A DNA stretch of 63,998 bases from the NCBI GenBank assembly GCA_000934665.2, contig KZ538091.1, positions 1 to 63,998 on the forward strand, read 5' to 3'. The translations under genes were made by a program, and so were the position numbers. This stretch comes from Catajapyx aquilonaris (Eukaryota). The notes beneath the pieces were generated by a model. That model did not search any database. It saw nothing but the letters and a program-made list of their open reading frames with translations, and had not been told where the DNA came from. Below, piece after piece: positions 28,101-42,959 of this stretch. Within the stretch, counting starts at the first letter, position 1, and every line of letters begins with the position of its first letter.

Positions 28101-28177
28101 TACTGAACTACGGTGCACACGAAAAGAAATCAATTTTCCATCTATAATATTAAAATCGTAGTGGGCGTGTACGCCTA

Positions 28178-28285
28178 CTGATTGGTCCGCCGCGTATTGT
28201 TACCACGACGCTTCCGATTGGCCCGCGCTCTACGCATGCGCAGTGGGTAGAGACAGCACCTCTGGTGGATGGGAGGAGGAACTAT
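28178..28285 (+). repeat. Dispersed repeat, copy C
   Basis: Aligns to copies A and B. Confidence 0.8.
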
Positions 28286-30323
28286 CCATTCGTTCGCTGA
28301 TGGCCGGAATGTATACTTCGCCCCTCCCCCCTCGACAAATCGATTAACAATATGGCCTCCACCACCGTAAACCGCAGGCCTAGAAAAAGTGAGCGAATCG
28401 AGGGTTTTTCTAGTCCAAGAATTAATCCTGGAGGTTTCCATTTGCGAAATACCAACTATATTTGAATCGTATCTGATAGTCTTGCAGTTGGCACTTTATT
28501 TATGGGCGCAATTTATCAAAGGGGGGGAGGAAATTGATTAGGAGAAATGGTGCGGCTGGAAAATCACTTTCGGAGTGGGGTTGACAATGTGACCTGTTCC
28601 GTATAAAAGACAAAGGAAAAGGTCGGCATTCCGTGGGCATAACTCATTGAGGTCGGACGGTATCGGTTGACTCGTGACACAGTACGCTGGAATTCATATT
28701 GCGCTAGATACAAAGGCAGGGGCGTAATAAGAAAACATGTGGTGTGCGCAACACGCCATTTTTGTTATGATGTTTCAAGCCCAGGGTTTCTGTTACAAAG
28801 CACCCAGACATTTAAAGTGGGGGGCAGCTTGTTGCATATTAGGATTCCAATCCGGCGTTATTTGGATAGTTCTGCTTAGAGCTTTTACATTGTTGCTTGG
28901 GCTGTACTGTACGGGTAATCTGTTGCACATGACAAAACACTCCCATTCCAGGAAGTCCGACGTGCCATTTGATGAAGTAAGAGGCTTTACGTCCTGAATG
29001 ATTCAATAGCCGTTTTACTGTACAAGACGAGATTGAGAGTACTCAAATGGAGTGGTTCAGATTTCTGTAAGCTTTAAGATCAATTAGATATAGGCTCAAG
29101 TTATCCTGAAATAGCAAAAAAAAAAAAAAAAAGCTGAATGGGAACAGACAGTCTGAATGGGACTGACGTCAACTCTGCCGCCATTCACCATAACAATAAC
29201 ATGAAAGCATGTGGGACACATTGTTACTTTCTGACATGAGTTGACTCCCATTGTTTGTAACGATTGACGTTTTGTAACATTACACCTGATGTGTGTGCTT
29301 CCACCTAATTTTCCATTCTCCACAAGTAGGCTAGTCTTGTCATGTAACAAAGACATTTCGGGGAGACTGCAAAAATATCGAATGTTCAACCTTTCCCTTC
29401 TTTTGCCAAACACAGAGCTCCCATCTTCATATCGAATTTCTTGAAAGACCTTTTTATTATGCGGAAGCCGGCAGGTGCTCCTTTTATTATACATGCAGCT
29501 TCCAAAAAAAAAAGAATAACTTTACACCCAAACTATCGGCAAAAAAAAATTTGGCACAGAATCTAGTCTCCGACCATAAAACTTTTTTTTCTTCCATACA
29601 GTATAAGAATGGGCAAAGACAGGTGACCTTGACATAATACACAACTGGAGAGAAACTGTTGACAAACAAGTGTCGCTCTGATGAATTTACTCACCTCCTC
29701 CTCATAACTCTTTCCCCTTTGAATACACACATTTCGCAATCTCGTGCCAGGCTTAGCAAGCCCAGTTGTTCTAAGAACGTGCGCGGTGCAAGGACCATTC
29801 TGGACAACAAAAACTGACGTAACTCAATACTCGAAGTGTGTGTGGACCGCTCCAAGGATAGCTTTCAGATCTATTTTTGCTGGCTGAGTTGCTGTACTAT
29901 CTGCGCCAAAAAGTATTGTCCAGACTTTGGGGTGCGTCTGAATTTTTGCGTCTAATGTAACCCCATTTCTGTCCCATATGTCTATCCTGTGTTTCTGCAC
30001 CTGTCCGACCCGAGTCTCTGCCTGGTTGTTTCCACCTGTGGATTGGTAGGCCACCTGGTGGGCAGGTACCAGACCAACCCCTCTCCGAAAGCTCTCTCCC
30101 CAACCCACCCACCCACCCATCCAGCCCCCACCAGACCCACACCTACACTTTCCCAGGCTTGCAAGCCCTGCTAAACCAACCCCACTTCCTTGCGCCCCGT
30201 TCCGCCATCGAGCGACGCCACAAAAGCAAGTGTATGTGGATAGTGGTGAAGTGAGTGAAGAAGTGTTGCGAACACCCCCCACAAATCTTTTAAAGAAGGA
30301 AACATCCACGGTACAATGTGGAA

Positions 30324-30441
30324 ATGGACAGAAGCAAGGTGCTGTATTCGTCGTGCGTGGCTGGTTTGGGGCTGACCTGTTTCGTCATAGGGGCCATCGC
30401 TGTCGGTGTGCCTTACTGGGGATCCTTTCGGAACCAGGACC
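30324..30441 (+). CDS. Claudin/PMP22-superfamily tetraspan membrane protein, coding exon 1 of 5
   Basis: ATG at 30324; MDRSKVLYSSCVAGLGLTCFVIGAIAVGVPYWGSFRNQD (TM1 followed by the conserved W); phase-1 donor gtgagt. Confidence 0.85.
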
Positions 30442-33400
30442 GTGAGTATTATAAAATGTACACACTCATTTTTTGGGAGGAGGGTTGTATGCAGTATTGT
30501 CATCTCCACCCCTCCATGCGCTGCCCTGCGCAGTATGTTCCTTCTAGTCCATTTTCGTCAGTCGATACCGCCTCCCACATGGAATGCTAAAATCTACGGG
30601 TGGATAGAACATAATTTGCAAAAAAATGGCATAGGTTCAGTGATTGACAATACAATAAGCCGGATATCAAAATCAAATTGCAGACTATTGAGTCAGTGAC
30701 TCAACTATTGCGATTAAGCTAATCTCTACAATGTCTGTGACAAATGTGACATTGAGTCACAGCCATGACCTAGCAACATCTAAGAATGTTATTCGAGGAT
30801 TACGTTTATAACACTTTTCCCTCCATCTTATGGTGCAGCATCCGTGGTACTATCGTGAAGTTTCATTAATCTTAAGGATGTATCCTACCGAAAACTTTCT
30901 CAGGGACGAAGAGCTGTTCGATCAATATCCAGATCAATGTGCTCTATTTCAGGGCAACATGGGCAATCTTCGCTGTAATATTGGCAGACAAATTAATTGT
31001 ATAAGAAGCGGAGGGCTAAAGGCCGCGGACGGTACTAAACCCGGATTTTGTAAGCACACATTAAACATAATTTATTACGATAATATGCCCCCGGATCAGA
31101 CGATGTTTCCACACAGCTGCTACACACACAAAAAGAATTCGGTCGTAAAACCTTGTGCATTTACCGTTACTATTTTTTTTTCAAAGCAAACTTCAAGGCA
31201 ACGATAAAAGTCGCACGATGGCAACCTGCACAACTTGATATCATTGTGCCACGAACTGTTAATCGCCTGTGTTAAACCAATTGTCATTATGCCATGCTCT
31301 CATTAATATTCCCACGGAAAGTAAAGTTCCGGATGTTCTGCCATTTTTTTGTGTGTGAATATGTTTAAAAAAAAAGTTAATTGTGAAATAATGGTGAGTT
31401 TCAACCGTAAAAGTACATTGCGGTCGAGTGTGACAACGATGTCTTCCTGAACCGAAACGAAGAAAGTGTGACACCCACTGCAAAAATGTCGTTTTAATTT
31501 TATATTTACCAACACACGTGTTTAAAAAAAAACTAGGTCGAGTTTTACTGCGAGCTCACATTTAGTATTCACAAAGTCGATATATGCGTGCGTACGTGGA
31601 CGCATTAAAAACTTCAGCGTACGTGATATGACAATGATGCATACAAAAAAAAAAGAGAGCCAAGGTCGCACTTCCTTGACTACTAGACGCGCGTTTTTTT
31701 TGTAGCCTCATCGATTACTATATGAAAAGGTAGGTTAGTTATAGTCATTTAGGACTGTAAAATAGCGGTACATTTGTAGCAGCAAAGGGTTGTCACATAA
31801 CGGTCGAAATTGATCATTTCCGTCTTGTAAGACGTCTACTCGCATGACTGACGGATACTTCCTCGTGTCGACGCATAATAACCCGTTTCTTACTGGGGGG
31901 GGATTCGGATTGTTCACCCCAGCATCCTAAAATTGCTGCCGGAATGTTTAAAAATGAGATGTCTTTGTAAGCACCTCGATAGTGTTGACCTAGATCGAAA
32001 CATCATCGCTTGGACAAAGTCTGCTGTCCGTGAAAGTTGTCCGTAGGGGGTGGTAAAAGTGAGGGAGGCTTTTGTGAGGACGTTCACTCTTCAGGAAAAA
32101 AGATGTTATGGTGCCCTCAATTCTTGCATATGGTTTGGTAAAGCCCAGTATTTTAGTGTAAAATCCAAACTTCATGAGGTCGCATAAGCATCGATCGCTT
32201 ATCCGGATTATCATCCTCTTTAAAAAAAAAAGTGCGGGGCATGTGCATAAATTATTCGCATATTATAATTATGTTAACCGGCCAATTTGGCTTGAAAATG
32301 GGATCCGGGGCTATTTTCCTCTTTGCCATAAGTTCTGAGTGATTTTCAGCGTGTAACGAGAAGCAATCTCCCCGGATGTGTCCTCCGGATTGGGGGGGGG
32401 GGGAAAAATATTTGCACATACACAAAAAAAAGTTGGAGCCTAATTACATTAACCGGAAGGTTGGGATTTCAGTGTGGTGTAAATTGACGCATTCCAATCA
32501 AATTACCCAAACACCATGGTTCAGCACTCTCGTCCCTTGTGCATCAACACTTTCCAAGGGGCCATGTTTGTTCAATTGATTCCTCTTTTTTTGGAGGGAA
32601 GAGGACTATAATTTATTTTGTAGGGAAGTAAACACTATAAGGTGTGTTATATGGCCTGGAATGGATGGGGGGAAGTTTTTGAACGGAAGTGACGAGTCCC
32701 TGAGGGTTGGTTGAACACAAAAAAATGATCAAAATTGACTTCCTAGTACTTAATGCTTGACTTTTTTTGTGGGGGTTTTCGGGGCAACGGTTGGGCGAAG
32801 GAACGAAACTTTGCGTGATTTCTTCAGGGCAAATTGTGGCTCATCCAGGCAATGAAGCAGAATGGTGAGGTTGGCCATAGTTCGTGGGATAAAAAATTCT
32901 GAATTTGAGTAGTTCAGCAAAAAAGGCTCCAAAATATTTTAAAAGCCACAACGTGATGGGAAATTTTATCGTCAATATATGAACAGAACCTTCTGTGTAC
33001 CGTGTACTATTTAAATATTTTGTCACAAGGTGTGGTGTGTGAGTGACCTAAATTGAAACAAAATCCTCCGATACATATACATTTTCAACATAGTTTAAGA
33101 AACTGGATCAATGAAAAATATGCGATTCGTGGGTAATGTCATTGAATTTTTCCCATCCAAATGTGTATAGTGAATAGGTTATATCCGATATGCGGCATTA
33201 CAGTGCTTGTGAAGGCGTATCTTTTTTTTACTCGGGAATGTTGTTAGATAATATAATTAGATTTTGGCATACTGTAATACCCCGATGATGTAATCCATTC
33301 AGGCAAAAAAAAACCACAGGCATTGTGCTATGAAAGGTGTTTCAATATTACAGATTGTGACATTATAGAATGCTGTGATATGTAAATACGTGTACCGATA

Positions 33401-36400
33401 ATTCGCATGGTCTTTCACAACTGTATCAACTGCGACGAGTTTATTAATCGATGCTATATACTCGCATCTTTTTGCGACACACTGAGGCATACACATTCAG
33501 TGTTTCCCCACACGAACGACATATGAAATTCAAATTAGTCTTTCACCAGCAGTTGGAACTGTACGCTCTCTGTCCGCACAAAACTCATTTGTCACTCTGC
33601 TGAAAAGCGTCAAAAGTTTTGTGACATTCGTTATTGTTGAAGATGAAGGGACTGCTATAGCTTATTTCATAGCTAGGCGAACACCAATTATTATTTTGTC
33701 ACAAAAGGACGCACGTGCTTCTGATGTCTCATTCACGCCTCTTGTTTCAAATTTTCACACGAGAATAAAAATGAAAAAAAAAAAACGCTGCAGAGTAGTC
33801 CCAAAAACCGACCTCAATTTTATATTTTCATGTCACCTGCTGGCGATGGAAGTACAAACTCAATGATGTCACTCTGCACATATCGACCTCATCCAGAGCA
33901 CGCGTTGAAAGGACTCTTCATGTGTCATGTCACGTCGAATGTCTCTCGACAAACCACACAGCTTACTCTTTCCATCAATCACTTTTTTTATATCATTTTT
34001 CCTCACTTTTCTCGTGTGAAGCTGACGACACGGTTTGAAGTCACATTTCCTGCCAACATGATTTAAGCGACCAAGGCATACATGTTCAGTATTTTTAAAA
34101 TATGTGTATGAGTCCAATTTGTTTGACCATTTGTGTTACGTCTAAATAAGCGTTTCTTTATACGTAACGAGTACTGTCAAGCTGACTTGTTGCACTGTTT
34201 TGCTTACAGTGTACTATATTATAACTCACGAGAAAGCTTTCATCTGATAGCAAAACGCACACAACGGTAGGTTGTAATCTCAACAGATAGTGCTAAACGT
34301 ACAAACAGCCATAATCCGAAGTGTGTGTCTCGAGGGGAAAGTTTGGCCTCGTGGGTTTGGGGGTGCTTTGAGCCCTTTGTAGCCTGGAGGACACAGCCCT
34401 CTTGGAAACTGATGGCAACACAACCGAATAACACAAGAACCCAAAACTTCAGATATAACCATGCAGCCAAAAACCTTTGTTGCCAAATTCTGAGAAACAG
34501 CCAGATGAATGCACGCCATTTGCTTAGCTCTTGATTACAATATAAGCAAGTCTCGGTGCCATCCAGCTGTCATGTCCTCCAGAGACAGCTCTTTGTGCAA
34601 TGTACGACCAAAAAAATAAAAATTTGCAGTGAGTTTGCCCTGGGTGCAAAATGCCTTTGGGGAAATTAAATCAGGGGTTTGCCTCGGGGCGACCTCGTGT
34701 CCTATTTCCTCAAACTGCAGTTCTATTTTTTTAAAAAGGTGTGGTTAGTTTTGTTGGAGAGTTTCGAATGGCCGTCTCTGGCGTCCTGTAAATAAACCTT
34801 GAGGGGGCACAATGGCAGCTCATCCAGCAAGAGTTGAGGGGGCTGCAAATCCTGAAATGAGCGCCTCAGGGGTGAAATGGTGCAATTAAAATGTACAGAG
34901 GCAAGGGAATTCTGAAAAGAGAGGCTCCCGGTGTAATGTGTGGAGTTGATGCCAAGAAAGTGTCAACACTTTTTTTAAGGAGACGAAACATGACTTAAAG
35001 GATACGGGAATAAAATTAATGAGTTATTGTACACTCGGAAACGTGTGTATCCTTCATGTAGTTTGTGGCCCAGAACGTATGTCCTGCCATTATAATGTTT
35101 ATGCTATGTAAACAACCATAAGTTGCTTAATATATGGAATATTAAATTAGCACTTAATGCGTGTGAACTTCACCACGCTGTTTTGTACCTAACACAAACA
35201 TTATTATGTCCCGGATTTTACATGCCGCCTTGTTAATTCTACTCTAATGTATAAACATCAACACCTGGTGTGATATAGTTAGCTGACTAATTTACGAGGG
35301 TGGCAGAAATCGTTTATTTAAAATAATTTATATTGTCTGGCTTTTTCTTCGTTTTGGCCCTGTTGCAACATTACCTTTAGTAAATAATTAAATACCGAGT
35401 ACGAAAAATAGATTTCACATGACAGAGAATATTTTTTTTTCTTGCATTTTCCATACACCAACCTTCACGAAAAAAACTAGATAAAACAGGTCGGATAAGT
35501 GGCATTATTTATATCTGGACGCCAGATAATGACTTGGGTAAATAGTTATGCGTCGAAGACAAACGCCTGTTATCTTGGCATTCCAAAGATGTGGTGCAAA
35601 CCTTATGACGCTATTCTCTCGGAGAATGCTGGCAATAATCGAGTCATATCAGGGGCGGTTACCACTTCAACACTGATTCATGTTCAAAGGTGCATTTCTC
35701 GCTGAACCAGAATTCCTTTGCTCATATATCAGATTGATTTTTATGACATGGCACATAAATTTTTCTAAAAGGTCAACCGGTCATCAGCCGCTTGCAGTTT
35801 TTTTTTTTGCAATTAATGACTAGCTAACCAACCGCAATTATATCTCGTTTGTCTGTATATAGGAAGTGTTCCCCGCGGTTACGATGAGATTTCTGGCTAC
35901 AGTTATACAGTTATTCTCCTGCAAAATTCATGTGCCCTATAGAGTCGTCAGTGCATGTCACGCACGAAAATATAGTTGGGTCATCAATACCACAGTCGCA
36001 AAACCATGATCAATAATTCTGGGTGTTAGCAACACATCATAACTGCGGATTTCCGTGAGCTGAATTTCCTCGCAACACAGAAAAAAAAATCGCATGAAAT
36101 GTCTAGACACGCTTGTTTTTTATTCTGTTTTGTCATAATGTTTGTGGCCTACAATTGCTGTCCGGAAATACACTTTCTACTGTTGTGTCACCAGTTTGAT
36201 CCCTTTGATGTCGTCGGCCTGCTAAAAAGAGCGAGTGAAAAAAAAATGAAGTGTCGTTTTGACGCCAGCTACACATATTGGAACATGTGTCGCCTCTCCA
36301 ATTAACCCTGGCCAAATTCCAGATTCTAACATTAGTTTGACAGTCGGGTCTTCAGGTGTTAGAGTTTCATGCCCCTTTTGTCACGTGTGTCAGTTGCGTG

Positions 36401-39400
36401 CCATTTCAGCTACAGGGTGTACCATCCACAATTGAAGAGTTAGCAGTTATTTTTTAAAAAAATTAGTTGCTGTTATTTGAGTTTGAATTGATATCAAAAA
36501 TTCATAATTTACGTGAACTTCATATTATTGAAATTCTGCAACTTTACTCGTAGTACCTTGGTAGTACCTATAAAAATTGCCATTACCTCAACAGTAATCT
36601 TCTTACGACAGATCTGAACTTTATTATCGGAATATTACACACCACCAAAAGTTGCAAAGTAACCTATTTGAACACGTTAATAAGTTCCAAGAAAAGATGC
36701 ATAAAAAGTTACGAGACCGTAATTTCTCTCAGGTTATGGTCATGCTCTTGAAAGGTGCAATGACGTAAAGTGCATTTTACTCAAAAACTGATACGCAACT
36801 GGAGTCACGTGTCGTCGTTAAAAAAAGTTTTAATCTAAAAAACCGTTTCACGCTCTGGGGCATCATTGATATCATTCACACCCGTTAGCACTATGATAAA
36901 AAAAAGAGTCGCTTCATCACAGATGAAGCCACACTAATGGCCACCCATTGTTTAGGTTCAGGATGGTTCCACCATATGCACACAATTCATTCATGGTCAC
37001 TAGACGGCCGCACTTTACGTAGTTCATTATTCATCATTATCGCTTGCTAGTTAACTAAAAGTGCAATCGGTTATATTCTTGCGGTTCTTTCCTGCACATT
37101 TTTTTCGGGGATGAGGTCATTGCTACTAAAAAGGATATGGGAGTGACCACCTGGCGTTTTTTGTCTTGTTTCCAACACTGCAGGTATGCCTGCCATATGT
37201 GCAGCGCAGGTCAGTGAATGTATATTTGCACATTTTGATACGAATATTGTACTGGTTCTGTGCACATCCAAATATAACTGTGGGCAACAACCTGAATAAA
37301 ATATTTTCTCAGTATCGTGACACGTTATCAGCGGTACGTTTCAGCCGAACTCACCTGAAAGCAAGGTTTGTAAACAAGATAAGCTTCACCCAAGCCGAGG
37401 CCAATATGACCGTAAGCTTGAACACTGGAAATTGTGTCTAGCTTTCCCATCATTCAGCCGCCAACCTGAAACCCAATGGCACAATTATTGATGACCCCTG
37501 TCGCCCTGGTTCATGCCACTGAAATTCCCTCCCGTCACTTGCTAATTAATTACGCAAATGCTTTTATTGTCCTAGCCCTGATGAGCTTTCATCGGTGTCA
37601 ATATACAGGGTGCTGAACTATGTAACCATTTTATTTTATTTCTTATTATTTAGATGTAGTATAGTGTAATGCATAATATTATGCTGCTTCTTCCTAACAG
37701 ATGCTGCCTGTAACATGTTATCCTTGACAATGCACAGCTTTCCTATTGGTCAGATGTCGCCCACGTATACTTCCAACGGAAAGTTTTGCATTCCTTTGCC
37801 TGACTTGCACTGTTCGGCAACACCCGAAAATTGTTTTTCAGTTTGCAATTTGCAACAGTGACGAGCGGCGCATAACACACAGTTTTTTTTACCAAGGTTA
37901 CACCTGTTGCCTTGAAGAGAGTCGGACTCTTTTTTTAAAATGTTTTCAAAGAGACTATACCCGTGGCTAACTGGCACATTTCCGGCTGTTTTTTTTTCGA
38001 GCACAATCAGTACGGAGGAAATTGAGTATCGATTCACTTGAAGCAATGTGCAAGTTTTCATGACAATGCGCAAAAATATTTTGCGCTTTTGAGCCAATAA
38101 GTTTGGATTTCCACTATAGAAATTTCTGCGCTTGAAATTTCGCATATATATCAGTGCTGAAAGTGACGAGTCCAACCGGACTGAAAATTACAATTACGAT
38201 AGAAAATGCATGACAATCATCTCATCCACATGAACACTCACAAAGCCTCACACAATAGAAGTTGTGCTATGAATTCGTGTACTTTTTTTCCTCTCTCACA
38301 CACACTCTTTTTTTAAAAAACTAAAAAAAAAACAACCTGCGCTTAGAATCAAAACAGGGCCAGCGACCGTTCATAATGCCTTCCTCCCCGTGTGCAAAAG
38401 CTTGCAAAATCCGATTGTTGAAGGCTGGCGGTATATTTTTCGCTTCCGGACCACGGCTTGGGTTATATACCTAAATAACGGTTAAATAAGCGTGTCCTTA
38501 TTCCGTGCGCGCAAATATATTCTGCTGTGAGCTCGAGCTTGCAAACTTTAATTTTCAGACGTTTAATAAGCCTTGAAGGGTGGTTATTACCTGAGTATTT
38601 ATGGTATTGCGCAGCCAGCAGGTTTGAATTGCGTCTCGGTTATGTCTGTTGTGCAGGATTCGACTGTGGACGTAGTACCATATCTTTCACATATATCATC
38701 CAACTGATGACTCACCGCGGACAGCAATTCTATACCGTACATACTAAAATCATCGGGCAGTACGAAGTGCCGTGCCTGGCAGTGCCACAATGCGGTCACT
38801 CCATAGCCGTACCGGTCTGATATCAGGGAGCCACCTTGATGCATTAAAAATAAAATAAAATTTGTCCACCCAAGTCGTTATGATCATAATGTACGAAGTT
38901 TGCTAATCATATAAATCCGTTAATGGAACGAGTATTGTTTCCATTGCTGTAGAGCTCTGCACACAGACACAATTTCATTCCCCCTTTTTTCGACTTCCTG
39001 ATGCATGACCTGTTTTTGCCAGTGCAGCATACAATAGGAATGTGATAATGCATAAAACATTGGCGATATTGCCTATTTCAACCCGGATAGTCCCATAAAG
39101 AAACGTGTGTGTGCCTATATGCATTGTAATGCACACAAAACCAGGCCTCCAAATACAAGAGTTCATGCGGGCACGTATGGTGTATATGTCAACAATCGAG
39201 TCAACAAGACCTCATGTTGACTATTTACCCCCCAAAAAACCCGAAAATGTATGCCATTCCACTTATTTAACGACCGACAAAAGCTGTGCAGGGGGGGGTT
39301 GCTTCCATATAAAAATGAGGACCTCAAATCACAGAATTATGACAATCCTATCTAGGGCATCACATTGTTGTTTACAAAAAGGATTGTTGCATAATGCTGC

Positions 39401-42400
39401 AGGAAGTTCGACCAGACTTCTATACAAAAAATTATGCTTCTTCTCAACAATCCATAACTTGCCATACTGTGTATTTGGTCAGTACACATCACGCAATAAT
39501 TGTCCCCAAAAAATTTAAGGTTGGGGCTTTAGGTCACGAGCCTATGGGCATACTTTCACTCTTCAAAAATATTTCAACGACGGTGCATGTCATTTTCTGG
39601 AGGTACACACACATGTATGCACGTCAGTCATGTGAGATTCTTCCGCTTACCTCACACAAAGTATTTTTATATCCGTTTCCTCATAACCGATTCTACACAC
39701 GATATATGTGACCCTCAGGAGGAACTTAGTCGAATTCACATGCGTGTTTGCTTCGAGATTTTCTTCCCAGTTGTTACTGCAGCTTGTTGTTTTTATTGTC
39801 AGTGCGCTTTAGTACACGTTTCTCAAGTTTTTACAAGTCAAGGTTATTTTAATGAGAACTAGTCTTCTTCCTTGGTGTGCGTGGCGTCCTTTAACAATTT
39901 TTGCTGCTATTGCTCCTAAATATTAAGAACATAGGTGCATGGTTTTGTTGTTCAGGTATAACCATTTTGCGAAGGACATTGCAAATATTTGGCACGAGTC
40001 GGTCACAATGGACTCACATTTTGCTCAAGGTGACCAATTTGGGGGTCGAATATGTACAGGTCAGGGATGGGCTATTTGTAGTGAATGACTGTAATTGTGT
40101 TCAATTACTTCCCGACTCAAACTCCGCTCCATGTCCATGCCCATTCATTTCAATTCCATTCTTCGTTGAATTCGCTGCAATTTTACTAATCACGACCCAA
40201 TTAGGAATGAATTCATGTTAATTGCTCATCACTTTCATTTGCATTTAATACACTGTAAATCAGAGCAATTTACTGGGTATTTAAAATGTTCAGATGCAAT
40301 ACTGTGAACTTCAAATTTTATTTGGAAAATTGGTTGTGGTGAGCAATAGATCACTGCACCTCTCATTTAATCTATAACTCATTAATATTTATTACTAATT
40401 TCTATTAATGTGTTCAAATTTATCATTAGTGTAATGCAATGCCTGTTGTATTAATTGTTATAAAATTTATTACGGAGATAATATTGCAGATTATAATTTA
40501 ACCCATAAATTTCAGGTGAAAGGATCTCGTGGCTAATTGTGAGCCACTAATTTTCACACCAACCCCAGTACAGGACAATGCATATACATGTGCTAAAAAA
40601 AATTAAATTAGATTCTCACTCCCATTATAACCATCCTCTAATTATTCGAATACCTCCTCCCAATTATATCACCAACAGAGCCCACTTTCGACATTTCCCT
40701 CCTTTCAGTTTGGCGTCACTGGCTGTGAGCGCGCCGGTTGCAAATAAATTACACCTTTAAGCGTCCCAATTACGGAAAATCATTAATTAGGCTTGACGCT
40801 TCCGTCTCAAGCATGCTATATTTAACGCCTCGTTAGCACTGCCAGCCGCATTGACAAAACAGGCCCAAACTGAATTAGCAATCATGGAATGGACTACTTC
40901 ATATATAAAGGACTGGAAAAAGTTGCAGCAAGTTTTTTTTTTGCATTTTTCCAAAGCTGAAGGCCGTTTCAAAAAAAAACCCCCAACGAAGGTCGTACAC
41001 GAGGAATCCAAACAGAAGCTAAAACCTGAAGTAAAAATGGGAGCTCTGGCTATGATTAGTAACTTCATATCCGCTTCCTCACAAAACTTTTAATTGCCAA
41101 AGCCTGCCCGGCCTCGACAGCTGGACAACAATACTTTTTAACGATCCTACTGAGAAAATGGGAGCCTTAACAATGCGACTGTCCGCCTCCCCTGATTATG
41201 ATGGAGATGGTTCTCGGTACAAATTAATCAAGCTCGTGCGCATACATAGGTGGGCGTGTGTCCTATATTCGCACGAGTCTACTGTGGATATCTATAATTT
41301 GCAAATAAATTATTCAGACTAATGTGTATTTGAAAATTGTCACCACAGCCCATCAGAGCAACCCACACATTTTTTTTGAAATAATAATAGGCGACTTAGG
41401 TTGCACCCTGTAGACTTATCCGCAGTACAGCATGTGTGCATTGTTGCCCACGCCAAATTTCTTATCTGCGGGGCCGTACGCCAAATGCAAACAAACTGTG
41501 AATCTTGGTGTTTACCAAAACGATGTGTGGGCTACCTTGGACCACTCCTACGCATTGATTGCAGGAAGCTTCTATATGCGTGTGTGGGACATTTATAAAT
41601 TGGTAATAAACATTTGCGTGACATATTGCGCAATGGCATGATTCCGGAAATACGGTGAAGTGCAGTACAATTTTTTTGGGGAGGTATGTGAACAAGGTCA
41701 ATTACAGTACGATACCTGCATTTCCCAGAAGTGGACTGCACCTCAGGTGGCAAACACGAATGAGGACATGTAAACTTACAATTACCATTAATCTCGGGCT
41801 AATTAAACTCGGCAGGAGAGAGCACACACAGCACTTACCCTTTTAAACAAACACTAATAATTGCAATCTACTGAACTCGCACTTTGCTGCAGGGAATGTT
41901 AAAGAATATTCAACTCCGTAGTTGCTTCAGTTGGGTATATTTAGTTTCACCATACTTTAGCAGTTAGCTCTTAACTGACAGTTTAAAATGTTGGTACAAC
42001 CTGGGACTAAAACCACAAGCTTAACTGTTAGCATCAAAGCCATAATGCATTACCCATGTTTAATCTGCAAATCAAATCAGTCACAATAACTCATCAGATC
42101 CCAAAATCGGAAAAAAATTTACAGTAGTATCTATCGGTTATGCCAACGTGAGGATTACATCGGTTAAATCCAATATGAAAGATTACTCTCCCCAAAATAA
42201 GCTAATGATCGCTACAAATCGTAACACGCGGATGATGCACTGCCGCATCAATAAGTTCGTTATAAAATGAATATATGCGACCGGAATATTTTACTGTACA
42301 CTGCGCAGTACTTGATTGCATATGATTCATTTGCACAATAATCTGATGAATGTACATTCAAATGCGACCTTCGCGATGCTGCAGTGTGTTGCTTCAATTG

Positions 42401-42860
42401 TTGAACTGTGCTTGGGTGGAAATGTATTTTTCATGGGCCTGGTTCCAATTTAAAGCCCGATTGATTCTGACAAAAATTTTGCGTGCACACCTGTTCTTCA
42501 CCTGAGCAAGTCATGGAAGAGGGTAAAAGCACGACTTGGTGTTTCGCTCGTGCTCCTTTTACCGATTTTAAGGGAGCGGATTCCGCGAATTGAGTCACAC
42601 AAGAGAGCTAGGTTGAAACCCCAACACGCAGCCAGGCACCGACCGAATAAATATTTTTTTTTTCAACGACTCCGACAAGTCGAATTAGCTTCCAAACGTA
42701 CAATTTACAATCGAGATTTCTTGAAATGCAAGGTCGATTTTCCCTACTGATTGACTGTGTTTTTTTTTTNGGGGGGGGGGGGAACATGTCAACGGTCTAT
42801 CAATGAAGTTTGATAATTTTATGGCAAATGAATATTAATTGTTGATTGTTTCATTTCCAG

Positions 42861-42959
42861 AGGGCGAGAGTGGTCATTTTGGACCATGGATCGTCTGCAG
42901 ATACAGCCCCTATGGAAAGGAGAACTGCGGCACCAACGTGTCTCTGTTCAGACCAGACG
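42861..42959 (+). CDS. Claudin/PMP22-like protein, coding exon 2
   Basis: tttccag...gtaagt; QGESGHFGPWIVCRYSPYGKENCGTNVSLFRPD carries the G[LP]W-x2-C-x9-C first-loop signature; 99 nt, phase 1-1. Confidence 0.88.

Noticed and set aside
34240..34470. Signal-peptide-like ORF antisense in the claudin-like intron
   Set aside because: Starts at TTG rather than ATG, with no supporting splice sites or homology
36411..37612. TACAGGGTG mariner-like end words at 36411 and 37604 (also 87-95 on the minus strand)
   Set aside because: No paired inverted ends found, so boundaries cannot be supported
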